From Octopus vulgaris (Eukaryota), in assembly GCA_951406725.2 (NCBI GenBank), contig OX597823.1, positions 39,246,001 to 39,310,000 of the forward strand: a DNA stretch of 64,000 nt, given 5' to 3'. The notes under the pieces are model-generated. The model was given only the letters and a program-made list of their open reading frames with translations, searched no databases and had not been told where the DNA came from. This document shows, piece by piece, positions 1 to 12,872 of the stretch (positions are counted from its first letter, which is position 1; the number at the start of each line of letters is the position of its first letter). A program made the translations under genes and the position numbers.

Positions 1-400
1 AAGATTGGTGAGATTGATGCCATTATTAACCTTCATCAACACCAACAGGGAATGACATGAGCAGGAAGGGGATTCCAGAGGGATGATGGTCTGGGAAAGA
101 AGGATTGGGTGTAGTGGTTAGTGAGGAGCATGATAGGACTGGATACAACAATGAGAAGATAAAAGAGGGAATCAGGAATGTCTGGGTGGATGTGACATGC
201 ATCCAACCAATTCAGAGGAGCATAGGCCATTATAGTAGTGGTAGAAAAGGTAAAGAGAAGGAGACAATGCAGTTGTGGGTCAGAGGCTGGCTGGAACATG
301 TTGGTGACTGATTTAGGCCAGTCAGTTTCTGGATTTAGTAGACCTGTTCCTGATGTAAGAGCAATTACTCTATTGTGGTCCTCACCTAAACTTTATACAG
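1..400 (-). mobile_element. Degenerate CR1/L2-group LINE, 3' end of ORF2
   Basis: Minus strand gives YYNGLCSSEL and NHYTQSFFPRPSSLWNPLP, matching the SFFPRTxxxWNxLP C-terminal motif of CR1/L2-group ORF2; frameshifted; similar to 33085-33400. Confidence 0.7.
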
Positions 401-558
401 TCGTACAGTGTCAATTGGTTGCTATATATATATATATATATATATGCATACATACACATATATATATATATACATATATATACATTTTCAAAGTGTAACC
501 ACATGTGAATCGTTGGCAATTTTCTTCCTCCGACTTCTTTTCTACTGGATTTTGCTCT

Positions 559-593
559 GTTTCTGAAGAAGAGCTTTGCTCAAAATGTTAAAC
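559..593 (+). ncRNA. Decayed minimal type I hammerhead ribozyme (Penelope-like LTR remnant)
   Basis: GTTT-CTGAAGA-A-GAGC ttt GCTC-AAAAT-GT-T-AAAC: helix I GTTT/AAAC, helix II GAGC/GCTC; CAAAATGT equals CGAAACGT after two CpG transitions. Confidence 0.6.
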
Positions 594-804
594 CATCTTT
601 CTTTCCTTCCCTGAGCGTCTGCTAATACTTTATATGTACCATGTGCTCGCTTTGTTGTTTTTTTGTACTTTTTCATCTTCTGTTTTTGGATTGACTATAT
701 ATATATATATACATATAAGGGGTGAAATATAATTAATTTAATAAAATTAATAAATTTCACCATGTAGTTTTTTCGGTATGGAAATGACCATATTCGGTAA
801 AGAT

Positions 805-886
805 TATATATAATTATAATAAAGGGTTATTTGCAACAAGTTGCTTAAACCACATACCGAAAATATTAGATTTCTAATATTTCGGT
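805..886. repeat. Partial copy of the 26031-26465 element ending in a fold-back
   Basis: 805-871 is the reverse complement of about 26407-26470; then ATACCGAAAATATTAGA tt TCTAATATTTCGGTAT forms an inverted repeat. Confidence 0.7.
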
Positions 887-953
887 ATATATATATGTAT
901 ATATATATATACACACACACATATAAAATATATATATATAACACACAAAAAAA

Positions 954-1011
<58 letters not shown>

Positions 1012-1048
1012 AAAAAAAAACACACATATATATATATATAAAAAAAAA

Positions 1049-1094
<46 letters not shown>

Positions 1095-1095
1095 A

Positions 1096-1149
<54 letters not shown>

Positions 1150-1160
1150 GTATGTGTGTG
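885..1160. repeat. Compound (TA)n/(CA)n/poly-A microsatellite
   Basis: Directly visible. Confidence 0.95.
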
Positions 1161-1849
1161 TCTTCGTGTCTGTTCCCCACCACTGCTGTTAGGCAAAAGA
1201 AAAGGGGAGCATAAAGTACCAGGCTTTAAAAAATACTTGAGGGCGGGGGGGCAATTCATTCAACTAAATTCTTCAAGGTAGTGCTCCAGCATGGCCACAT
1301 TCTAATGACGAAAGCAAGTAAAAGCTAAAAGATACCCAGTTTTATCCATAGGACTTGGGCTGCCCGGATGCAATAGACGAAAATACTAGTTCATTGAAAT
1401 TGAAACCAGAACCTCCTGAGTGCAAAGCAAACCTCTAAACCCTCTGGGCATGCCTTCACCTCACCCCTACATGACACAAAAGAATGGCAGAAATGGATGG
1501 TGTGTGACATTATATAAAAAGAAATAAAGTTTAATTTAATATAAATATTTTGACAGGAATTTTTAACATTGAAAATATATTCTGTCTTTCTCTTTTATGT
1601 TTTTGCTTAAAATTCTTGCCTACTGTCTCTATTTTCAACCTCAGAACCCATCTTCCTTCTCAATTTGGCATGATAGAAAATATTTTCGTTAATTCCAAAA
1701 GAGTAATGTGTCTCTTTTACACATTGTTAAGTTACTCCCAAATTCCAGCAGCAATAAAAATGATTCTTTAGATTAAGCTGCCTTATCTCAAGGGTGTACC
1801 AAAAAATAAATGGAGTTGGATATTTTCACACACACACAAAATGTGTGTT

Positions 1850-1911
1850 CATACATATATACATACATACATACATATATACATACATACATACATACAT
1901 ACATACATACA

Positions 1912-1975
<64 letters not shown>

Positions 1976-2153
1976 TACATACATACATACATATATATAT
2001 ACATACATACATATATATATACATACATACATATATATATACATACATACATATATATATACATACATACATATATATATATACATACATACATATATAT
2101 ATACATACATATATATATATATACATACATATATATATATATACATACATACA

Positions 2154-2189
<36 letters not shown>

Positions 2190-2198
2190 TACATACAT

Positions 2199-2230
<32 letters not shown>

Positions 2231-2258
2231 ATATGTTATATATATATATATGTATGTA
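1850..2258. repeat. (ATAC)n/(TA)n microsatellite
   Basis: Directly visible; explains the overlapping YIHT-type ORFs. Confidence 0.95.
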
Positions 2259-2524
2259 TTAAAAGATTGGGTAAAAATGGTAAAGAAAAGGTAAAGGAAA
2301 ATGAGGCATATTATCAGAAACATCTTTTAATTAATTCTGGCAATAAATTAAAGTAAGAATTTTAACAAATTATATTAAGACAGCAAATGATAAAATCCGT
2401 TTTTAGATAATAGAAGAATCTGATAAGGAAAAGCAAGGCACTCTCTCTTCCCCTTCCCCTTCTCTCTTCCTAATTGTAAAATAGATACACCTAGTTAATG
2501 TTGAAGTTGTGTATTAGCTGTGTA

Positions 2525-2559
2525 TTGCTGAGGAGATCTAATAAGACGAACATGTACAA
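2525..2559 (+). ncRNA. Decayed minimal type I hammerhead ribozyme
   Basis: TTG-CTGAGGA-GaTCT aata AGAC-GAAC-AT-GT-A-CAA: helix I TTG/CAA, palindromic helix III ACATGT, GUA site; one A missing from GAAA. Confidence 0.45.
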
Positions 2560-4187
2560 AGGCATCACATAACTACTGCTGGTAACCCCCACCACTACCT
2601 TACCAACAACTACATTGTTAAGATAGTAGGACATGATTTGACTATCAATGTTTTTTTGTATTTACTTATTATTTGCTTTTCATTCCCTTCTCGTTTACCT
2701 TTTACCTTTCTGATGAGCTGTAGTGTCCCTAAGTGCTATATATAATAAGATTATTATTATTATTATAATTATATTAAGGTGGCTGGTCAACAATGTGTCA
2801 GACAAAATGCTTAGCAACATTTTTCTTCCCGCTCTTTATATTCTGAGCTCAAATCCTGCCGGGGTCAACTTTGCATTTTATCCTTTCAGGGTTAGCATGG
2901 GGTTGATGTAATCAAAGAGACCTCTCCAGCTAAGATTGCAAGCCTTGTTCTAAAATTAGAAAGAATTATTTTTAATATTGTTATAAGATTATATAAAAAA
3001 ATGAAAAACCTATGTAAGGTAATGCAATATTTTTATCACTGTTGTTCATTCAATAACATCATTTGTATATTTTGATTAACTCCTCACCTGCATGGCTCAA
3101 AGGTTTTTACAAATGTTTATCACATCAAATAGTATTTCATGGCATGAAAGACACACAGGTACATTAGACGCATTCCAACTTCAGTGGTGCATATTCAGGA
3201 AAAAAAGATTTCAGTGCATTAAAGCATGTAATACGAGTCCAACTTGGCATACAAGACTTGGGGTAATTTTGAGACATTTTCTGAATATAAAAAAAAACAC
3301 CCCAAAAACCAATAAAAAACTGCACCTTATATGCCATCAAATATAGTTAAATACTTAGAATGATTTGCTGCAACCTTTTTATGCCCAAGATTTAGTAGGC
3401 AAGGGAGAGGTTTATCCAGTTTATTGTGTCTAATTTTACAAATATAATAAAAGATATAGATAAATCAGTGCTAGAAACATTTGGAAATGAAAGGAAGATA
3501 TCTCGTAATTGTTAATGGTTTCTTGTGGAACCACCGAATATTTTTTTGTCTACAGAGTACATATTAAAAACTAAGTCAACATAGTAGACATTTCTCTTCC
3601 TGTTATTTAGTTACCAGCACGTAGATTAAATAACTACAAAGTATATATCTGAGTCATAGAGTTTTGACTCACTGAAATAGTTTGACTTATTTATTAACTA
3701 AACTAAATGAACTTATCCATTTCCTGGAGATTGTCATTAGTGGGATAGGTAATTCTAAAGAAAAAGCAAAATGATAAATGCTCACGACACTCAACAGGAT
3801 AGGTAATTGTAAAGAAGTGTTTATAACATATGATGTAAAGTTAAACCAGAGTGGTGTCATATACCCACACAAAATAGCAAGCCCAGCTAAAAATATCGTG
3901 GGATATTTTAGTAAAAATAATACCTTTGAATACTATTAGTATGGTTTGGACATTCCCATAACTTTCAAATTAGAACTTGAAAGCCAATACACAATAAGAA
4001 ATTGTACCAGTTTTCTATTATGTTTAAATATTCACACACTCACACACAAACAATTTACATAATGTATTTTCGCTAATCCACTCAATGTTTCAAGAATATC
4101 TAGGTACACGGGAATAAGATAACCGCAGTGTAATGACAAAAATCATAGAGGATCTTCACCCACACAGTTTGTAAAGGAATGGTTTAA

Positions 4188-4394
4188 TCCTTTTGATACA
4201 GATCCACCTGAGACAGACATTGGTTCTGTGGTACAAACTTCCTGTTTTATAGTGGTCTAAATTAAAACTTTCCATTAAAATTTCATCTTAATTCATGTTT
4301 CAAACATTATCTTAATAATAACAAAGTTAATTTATTAGATACTTTAATAATTTTCAAAATTAATTTAAACAAATGCAGTATAATTAACAAAGGT
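4188..4394. mobile_element. piggyBac-like MITE (family 2)
   Basis: TTAA on both sides, ends TCCTTTTG.../...CAAAGGT; related sequence at about 52745-52885 and 60897-61510. Confidence 0.55.
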
Positions 4395-4446
4395 TTAATA
4401 CATATATTTAATGAATGTAAATTGTATTCTGAAATTTGTTATATGT

Positions 4447-6232
4447 ACTAGCTGTTCTATTGAAACACCTTATTACTCTGATATAAGAAAGCAATTTCAT
4501 TATAACTGCCACAAAAGGTGTATTTTCCATTGTGAAAAAGTACAAAAAACTGTCAGCTAGAGAAGGGAGAGATTGTTGGAGGTTGGCAAGAGAGTACTCT
4601 GACTCGCCGTGACATTTTAAAGGTGAACTTTATGAAGGCTAATTCATTAAAGGTAATATATAAATGTAGTATGTATGTATATGAATGAAGTGTTTAATGT
4701 TTAAGAATGAAATGAAGAAAGTGCAATAATAACGTTCACAATTAATGATGGTTGCTCTCAGTAACTGCTTTTAGCTCACGGAATTCTTGTTTTTATAACT
4801 ATCAAAAAGCAGCCAGAAGGATAGACATATTGTTGAGAACAAATGATTTTGTTGGAGGTCTGTTATCTCCATTCTGGCCAATGGTGGCCTAAAAGAGGTT
4901 AAAAGGGTCAAGTGGCAAAGACATTATTCTGCTTAGTGAAGGCATCTGGGAAATGTATAACTGCTGTCATTCACGCTGCTGTTGAAGTGACAAGTGAAAT
5001 TTGGCAATTGAGGATCGAATCCACGCTATACCTGCATGGAGCCACTACAAATACATTGTGGAATAAAAAATTTATCTATTGTCATGGAAAAAGTGTAACT
5101 TTAAAAATGCAGAATTATTGGAGTAAAGGGCATTCAAAAAAGTATGTATGTTTAGAAATGTATGAATGAAGTTTTTAAAGTTTAAGATTCAAATTAAGGA
5201 AGTGCAATAATAATGTTTAGCAGTTCAAAACTGAGTAGTGAAATGCAGAATTAAGTTGGCTGATCATGAGAATCAAATATTGATCACTTCGCTAAAAACT
5301 GCAGGTGGTATGGGTTATTTCTCTTGGGTTGTTTAACTAAAATAGTAATATGTAGTAGATAGAAAGATCGATTTAATTGATTTTTTTCAACAATCTAAGT
5401 ATGTCATGAGGTTTCCGGACATGAGTTCTACTCACATGGCAAATAAAGTATAAAAGTGATATTGTCTACAAAAATTAGAAATTGGACACAAAAATCAATA
5501 TTCAAAATAATCAAACATAAACAATGAAACCTGTAAAATATTTCTAAATTCGATGGTTCAATTAGTTTCATGAAAATGTTGTATGAACTGTAAATAAGCA
5601 ATAAATATTATGATTTGTAAAATAAGTATAAGTGATACAGGGTGTCCCAACTGAATGTGGTGTGGAAGTTTGGTTTCATTTTTTAAGAATTTTAAACATT
5701 CAAAGTATGAGTTAATTGTATTGGGTCACACATATTAAATATGTTCTGGAATCAAAAATTTATGCACTGTCATCAAAAAATTTTAACTGGAAAAATGCAG
5801 AATTATCAGAGTTATGAGCATTGAAAGTGTACATGCATCAAGAAAGTGCAATAATAAGGATTAGCAGTTGAAAACTGTGAGTAGTGAAATGCAAAATTAG
5901 GTCCGCTGATCATGCAAATCAAATATTGATCGCTTCGTTAAAAATTAACAACTGTAAGTGGAAGTGCTGTGGGTTATTTCTCTTGAGTGTTTTAAAAAAA
6001 TATTGTTCAGGGGCTATGGATTATTTCCCATGAGTGTTTAAAAAAAATTAGTTGCATGAAGTAGATATAAAGATCCCTTCCAGGGGCTGTATTATCGCTT
6101 TTTCAACAATCCAAGTATGTCACGAGGTTTCCAGACATGAGTTCTACTCACATGTCAAGTTTCATCAAAATCAATAAAAGGATGTAGGAGGAGTTAGCCA
6201 ACAATGCCACAAACAAGCACACACCGATTTTT

Positions 6233-6270
<38 letters not shown>
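4447..6270 (-). mobile_element. Non-autonomous Helitron-like element with internal duplications
   Basis: A|CTAG end at 4447-4451; other end has AAGTTTCATCAAAATC then a CA/TA microsatellite, as in Lep1-type Helitrons; homologous to 36959-37264; repeated blocks 5235-5300/5880-5945 and 5380-5437/6098-6154. Confidence 0.6.
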
Positions 6271-6639
6271 GGCCGGTGGCATGTAAAAGGCACCCAGCAT
6301 ACTCTGTTAAGCATCCAGCCATAGAAACCATATCACAACAGACAGTTGGAGTCTGGGACAGCTTCCAGCTAGCCAGCTCCACCATTCAACTCATGCCAGC
6401 ATGCAGAGCACACTACCAAACATGGAATTGACCAGTGTATTTATTCAGAGAAAGAGACAGCTGTGTTGGTTCAAACATTAAGATGACACTAGACAAATAG
6501 TGCAAATTATTCATAATCCCCTGGGAACTCGCCTCTTTTTATATGTCTTACCTATAGGACACATAATATTTGTTATGAATATCTTACAAGGTTTATCAGG
6601 CGAATGAGTGTTATGAGTAGGTGAAAGACAACAACTCCT

Positions 6640-6890
6640 GAACGTTGTGAAAAAACAAAAAGCTCATCTATTATGGCCAAATTCAAAGAAACAGAGGTTT
6701 GAAAAAACATTGTCATGGAAGGAAGAACAGATGGTAGAAGATCAAGAAGCAAGCAAAAAATGCAATGGATGGACAATATTAAGAGCTGGTTGGACAAGAG
6801 TAGCAAGGGAGCTGGAGAACTTGCACTTAACCAGGAAAACTTTTATTGTGTGGTCATTAATGTACTGCAAGCATATGATACATTGGTGAT
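6640..6890 (+). mobile_element. RTE-clade LINE, ORF C-terminal fragment
   Basis: MEGRTDGRRSRSKQKMQWMDNIKSW matches the GxRxRGRxRxxWxDxIxxW motif at the end of RTE/BovB-type ORFs; frameshifted. Confidence 0.7.
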
Positions 6891-7465
6891 CACAGACCTC
6901 AATGCTAAACTCTAAAGAATCATGATTTTTCTTGGGAAAGATATAGCAATATTTCCCATTGTCTTTTGTTAGTTTATTTGCAATTTACTCTGTGATTCTC
7001 CTGCTTAACTTGCATTTATCCTTCTTTGAAGCACAGGGTCATTTAACTTCTTGTAGGAGGATGGTTTGTTGTGACATCAGGGCATGTCCATACACCAGTG
7101 CATCTCTGCAATATATTTTTAAGAGTCAGCCTCTCTCCTAATCCTATATTCCTTATGTGCTGGTCCATCTCCGCTATTTGATCTATAACTGGGGCCCTTT
7201 GCAGGTACTACTGTCTCAAACCAGAGTGGACCTTGTAGCAGCAGTGACTAAAGAGTAGCACCATACTCCCTAAAACTCTTGAGATGGACCCTCTCAACCT
7301 ACTCTGTTGGATGCAGTCTTACCCAGGACATTTGAGACCCTCCAGTCTTAAAGATGAGATGATGCAGGAACTATAACCCAGCATATTCCTCATCCCATAT
7401 GGTCAAAATTGTTAAAAAGGGAATGGATGAGTGGTAGGCTGGGTTATAGATCCATTCAAAACAAT

Positions 7466-7850
7466 AGGCGCAAGAATGGTTGTATGGTAAGAAGCTTGCT
7501 TCCCAACTATGCAGTTCTGGGTTCAGTCCCACTATGTGGCATTCTATTATAGCCTTGGGCCAGCCAAAGCCTTGTGAGTGAATTTGGTTGATGGAAACTG
7601 AAAGAAGTCTGTTGTGTGTGTGTGTGTGCACACATGCACATGCATGTGTCTGTATTTGTCCTCCACCATGCTTGACAACTGGCATTGGTGTGTTTATGTT
7701 CCCATAACTTAACAGTTCAGTAAAAGTGATCGACAGAATAAGTAATAGGCTTTAAAAAAAAGCACTGGGGTCAATTCATTCAACTAAAATTCTTCAAAGC
7801 GGTGCCCCAGCATGGCCACAATCTAATGACTATAGCAGGTAAAAAATAAA
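7466..7850 (+). mobile_element. SINE family B copy
   Basis: Colinear with 28071-28490. Confidence 0.85.
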
Positions 7851-9386
7851 AAATAAATCAGTATTGTAAAAAAATGTACACTAAACTGATGACTATGTTC
7901 ATCAATGTTGATTTCTACTTTAGCCTAATTCCTGGAAAACTTAGTCAGCAACTCTCAGGAATTTCTTTGCTGCCTTCGTTTATCCTGGAAGCATTTCCAT
8001 GTTCAAACTGCCCATTTAAAATCACCTGTCTGGACAAGTCTGTCATAGGTACTGCTTCTATGCCTCTGATTTAGGATTAAAAACCTTTCATATGTTCAGT
8101 TATATCCACCCCTCCATACATAAGCCAACCAGAATGTCAACTAAAGATAGTGTATTTTATTATTTTTTCTAATATATTACACTTCCTTGGAAGATAAAGA
8201 CTTTTGTTTCAGTCTCTTTATAGAGTAGAGAAATTTTCCTCATACATTAACATGTTATACACACACACACACGTGTACACACAAGCACACACACACACTG
8301 ATGTAATGTCCTCCAGATACACTGGGAATAAATTAAATCAGAGAACAAAAGAAGACCACAGCAGCAAGCCACAATCAGCTACTGTTTACAAGGCAAGCCA
8401 ATTTACATATCGTATCCTCTTCATACATGATGAGGAATAAAATAATGCATACATGAGTAAAATATTTAAAACGACCAACAGCATTTGAAGCAACCAGCAT
8501 TTGAAGCAACCAGCATAAAATAGAAGCTAAAAATAGCCCCTAACCTCTTGCAAACTCTCAGCAAATAATAATGAAACTAAAATATTCTTGTTTCTAGAAA
8601 GTTCTTAGCATTTTGCCACAATAGGAAAAGATAGGAAAGGATTCTTGTAGAACAGTTTCTGGTGTCTTTAACAAAGTAAGCTTTCCTATTATTTTGTGTT
8701 CTTGTTGTTGTTCTGTTTTATCTTGTAGCTTTTATCACTACTTCCTGTAAAGGGAGTAGGATGTCCCTGGCTCCCTAGGGTTCCCCTCATTGTCTAGAGG
8801 TTATATCATGCACACACTGACTTAGAGTTGACAATTATGTCAGAGCAAAAACACACAACTCTAGTGTTTTTCCAAAAGACAGGTGTTGTTATTGTATTGA
8901 TAAAAGGTCAAAGGTTTAGAGTTTACAAATAAATGAGATAAAGTCAACAAAAGTCAATATGTAAAAATAATGAGGAAGTCATGGTAGCAGTGAGAGGTAT
9001 AAATGATCAAGTTATGGTAGCAGTGAGGGACAGTAAATGATAAGGTTATGGTAGCAGTGAGAGAGAGAGTAAATTTATACATATATGAAAATGATAAAAT
9101 GAAACAATAGAATGAGTTTTAGATGAAACTGAGTAGAAACAAGGAATCATTATAGCCGGCAAAATACAAATTCATTGTTTTTGTTTTAGCAGCAGTTTGG
9201 GCTAAAAATAATTCTTTTCAGCTTGCTTCAGCCATTATGGACAAGGCTATGATGGGGCACCAAACTAGCAACAATTAAACATGTGACAGTATGTATTTGT
9301 GATAGCTTGTGTGTGTGTATGTGACAGTGTGCATATTTTTGACAGCATGTGCATGCATGTGAGAGACAGTGTGTGCATGTATGTGA

Positions 9387-9608
9387 TGGCAGAAATGTTA
9401 GCACGCCGGGCGAAATGCCTAGCGGTATTTCGTCTGCATTACGTTGTGAGTTCAAATTCCGCCGAGGTCGACTTTGCCTTTCATCCTTTCGGGGTCGATA
9501 AATTAAGTACCAGTTATGCACTGGGGTCGATGTAATCGACTTAATACCTATGTCTGTCCTTGTTTGTCCCCTCTGTGTTTAGCCCCTTGTGGGTAATAAA
9601 GAAATAAG
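9387..9608 (+). mobile_element. SINE family A copy (young)
   Basis: Near-identical to 52217-52449; B box GAGTTCAAATTCC; CpGs retained. Confidence 0.9.
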
Positions 9609-10019
9609 TATATGCAAGTGTGTGACTGCATGTGCAAGTGTGAATTTGAAAATACAAAGTACTGGTGACCATGGAAGTAAAGTCTTCGAGCATAATGCTA
9701 TTTGATCAGGATTGATCTAGCGGTGTAAGAGGGTGGGAGAAGAAATAGAAAGTAAACAACAACTGTTATTTATAGACCTGAGGCTGTAAGGAAATTTCCA
9801 AGTGACAATGCTAGCCCATTAACAATGAAACCTTAATTAAACCTCAATCATAACGAATTTAATGAGGAGAACACTAAATAGCAAAATTAGGTTGCATAAT
9901 TGTTACTGACCAGGTTACCATCTTCAGTAGGAAGAGTATCTGAGAGTATTTCATTGATGGCAATTAAATATAAATGAATATAAATGAGGAGTGTCAGAGT
10001 TAATAGTTTGATAAAAGAG

Positions 10020-10500
10020 CATTGGTGGTAGTGGTGTTGGTGGTAGTAGTATTTATAGACTTATAGTAATAGGGATAGTGGTTGTTGATGGTAGTAGTAT
10101 TAGTAGTTGCAATAATATGATGGTAGACAGTTGTACCAGTATTAGTAGTGGTGGTATCAGTATAACAGTGGTAGTAGTAGCTTTAGTAATGTGGCTGGCA
10201 GTGTTATCGTGGTAGCTGCAGCAATAGGACTAGTAGCAGCAGTAGAAGTAGTAGTAACAGCAGCAGCTGTAGTAGTAGTAGTAGTAGTAGCAGCAGCAGT
10301 AGTAGTAGTAGTAGCAGCAGCAGCAGCAATAGTGGTGATGGTAGAAAATAGTAGTATATTAATAGTGGTGTAAAGACTAGTCAAGTGAGTTATTAGTAAT
10401 GTGAAGACTATAGTAGTGCTAGAAGTAGTGGTGGCGGTGGTGGTGATGTTGGTTGTGGTGGTGGCAGTAGTAGTGGTGACTAAAACTGGTGTGGTGTTCT
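10020..10500. repeat. Degenerate (GTA)n/(GCA)n/(GTG)n low-complexity tract
   Basis: Directly visible. Confidence 0.85.
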
Positions 10501-10802
10501 AATTTGATGTTACTGTTGTTTAGGCCAAAATAAACAGATCTACGATTCAAAGTGTTCCACTCATGCCCATCCCTTATTATTATTATTTGTGTTTCTTAAG
10601 ACTGAAAATAAGATTTGAAGGACTGATATTTCTAGCAGATCACCTCCCTCTATAAGTGATGTCTGAGACATATTAAGTTAGTGGGTGTTTGTTATTATTA
10701 TTATTATTATTTAGTCCTTGCTGCATCCTGATATGGGTAGACATGTGTCAAAAAGATTTCCACTTGTAACTCCTGTATCCAAGACAACACAAGAATGTGA
10801 TA

Positions 10803-11071
10803 CACAAGGAAAAAAAGTTTCCTCTTCAAGTCATACTGACTCATCAGAACCAGTCTCCTGGTTTCTATGGCATATAAATATATAAATTCACCACCTGGAT
10901 GGGATGCCAGTCTATCATAGGATTACTCATTTTTGCCAGCTGAGTGGACTGGAGCAATGTGAAATGAAATGTTTTTCTCAAGAACACAATGCTTCACCCA
11001 GTCCAGGAATTGAAACCACAATCTTACGATTATGAGTCCAGCATCTTAACCATGAAGCCACATGCCTCCAC
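10803..11071 (-). mobile_element. tRNA-headed CORE-like SINE (family D variant)
   Basis: A box TGGCTTCATGGT, B box GGTTTCAATTCC, CORE-like TGTGTTCTTGAG...GCTCCAGTCCACTCAGCTG shared with 21614-21957; direct repeat AATGTGATA at 10794-10802 and 11072-11080. Confidence 0.8.
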
Positions 11072-11471
11072 AATGTGATATGTGGATATCCATATATCAT
11101 GTCCTTGTTTAAGAAGTCAAGATGAAATTTGAGGGAGGTTTAACTGCCATTTCTACCAGGTCAAGTAACTGTGCAGAGACCACCTCATTATCTCTCTCTC
11201 TCTCTCTCTCTTTATACATATACTTTGTGAAGTGTTCTGCATTAGAAAGGGCATCAAGCTATAGAAACTATGCCAAAGTAGGAATTAGAGTTTGGCACGT
11301 CCTTATGGCTTATCAGTTTGTTTACAACCGTCTAACCCATACCAGCATTAAAGAAAGACGTTAATGATCATGATATATTGAATACAATGAACAATAAAAA
11401 AAAATGACATAGGGAAAAAGATTTAACAAATAAAGTATTAGGCTATGGCTTAAATTGGAAGAGAAGGCATC

Positions 11472-11503
11472 TTAACTTTTTGGACATTAGTCCTTCATCA
11501 GAA
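11472..11503 (-). ncRNA. Decayed minimal type I hammerhead ribozyme
   Basis: Minus: TT-CTGATGA-A-GGAC taat GTCC-AAAAA-GT-T-AA; same layout as 559-593 with GAAAC mutated. Confidence 0.55.
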
Positions 11504-11911
11504 TCAAGAGAAAAACATAGAGGGAGTGAGAAAGAGGAATAGTCAATGAGAGAGAGAGAGGGGGAAGGGAGGGAATGAGAGAGAGAGAGAGAAACAGACT
11601 TTTGTCTTAAGAGTTAGCTCTTAGACTATCATTTTGGTACCAGTGATGGTTGGGACCTTGTATTTATGCTGGCTATGGATGTGGTCACCATGACTGTTCT
11701 ATAGAAGATTTAAATTTGGAAAGTAGGTTGAATACAGATATGAATATCATCTGAAACAGAATCATTATTGAAAAGTAACTTCTTGGAATTTAATGCAAGC
11801 CATTAACAATGGAGTCCACTAGAAATCCAAAACTGCCCTTCCTTCATAGATCGCATGAGATGAACGAAACACAGTTCTGTTAAGCCAAAGTTCTATATGG
11901 TTTTGACCTCA

Positions 11912-11968
<57 letters not shown>

Positions 11969-12340
11969 TCAACCCTTTTGCCTTTAAACCGGCCATATGT
12001 AGCCAAAATAGATAGAAAGGGATGGATAGCTATAAAGCCAGATGGATATGTGTGTGTGTGTGTGTGTGCACACACACACATTTGAAAAGAGAGAAAGGGA
12101 AGGAATGATCAGGGTGGGTGGATGAGTGGAGTAAGTTCTCTAAGTAAAAATGGGTAGAATGGTGTGGTAGGTTTGATGTGAGGGTGAACAAGTAGAACAG
12201 TTGATAAGACAGATAAACATGAGATAATGGACAAACCTGTATTTCAGCTTAGTTCAGTAGTGTGTCTAGAACTTGGGTTTTACTTCTATCTCTGCTGTTT
12301 GTTGGAGATGCATGCATGCTTATGTGCATGTATATATAAA

Positions 12341-12461
12341 CCCCAGATGAGGTAGTCTGCTAGAGGGTGTCATAAAATTAGTCTTTCTGTTCTATACATA
12401 TATATATATATATATAGAATATGTGGGGTTTAGTTTATATATCCCAGAAACAGCTGTAAGA
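12341..12461 (+). ncRNA. Decayed long-helix-II hammerhead ribozyme
   Basis: CAGATGA-GG...(about 90 nt incl. TA repeat)...CC-A-GAAAC-AGCT-GT-A-AG; same 3' half as 31988-32109. Confidence 0.45.
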
Positions 12462-12584
12462 CATCCAATAATTAATTAATTACTTCAAATTCACCTTACT
12501 CTAATTAAATATTCTAAATGACTTGAGATACTTGTCCTGCCTTGGTCATTTTTCCTCTAATATTTATATATATATATATATATA

Positions 12585-12872
12585 TCACCGTGATCACTGT
12601 GACCGACCAGGTTATCAGATGTTGCTACACAGCACTGGTCACAATGCGCTTCGCATTGTTTTAGCCTTCAAATGACGCCACCCCACTGGCTAAGAGAGCA
12701 GGCCAACAGAAGAAAGAGTGAGAGAAAGTTGTGGCGTAAGAGTACAGCAGGGATCGCCTCGTGTAGCTTTAGGTGTTTTTGCTCAATAAACACTCACAAC
12801 GCCTGGTCTGGGAATTGAAACCGCGTTCCTACGACCCCGAGTCCGCTGCCCTAACCACTGGACCATTGCACC
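12585..12872 (-). mobile_element. tRNA-derived SINE family C, tail type 1
   Basis: Head TGGTCCAGTGGTTAGGGCAGCGGACTCG...GGTTTCAATTCC matches 53910-54298 up to the CT-rich tract. Confidence 0.85.

Noticed and set aside
2705-2740. CTGATGAG as a hammerhead core
   Set aside because: No helix II or GAAA follows.
7923-8049. Possible plus-strand exon (LIPGKLSQQLSG...)
   Set aside because: Weak donor, unrecognised peptide; could equally be an old antisense LINE scrap.
9890-9930. Minus-strand CTGAAGA...GTAAC-AATT-AT hammerhead-like string
   Set aside because: Two core changes and no helix I pairing.
10815-10870. Minus CTGATGA-GTCA gta TGAC as a type III hammerhead
   Set aside because: No GAAA directly after helix II and no NUH site; explained as SINE tail hairpins.
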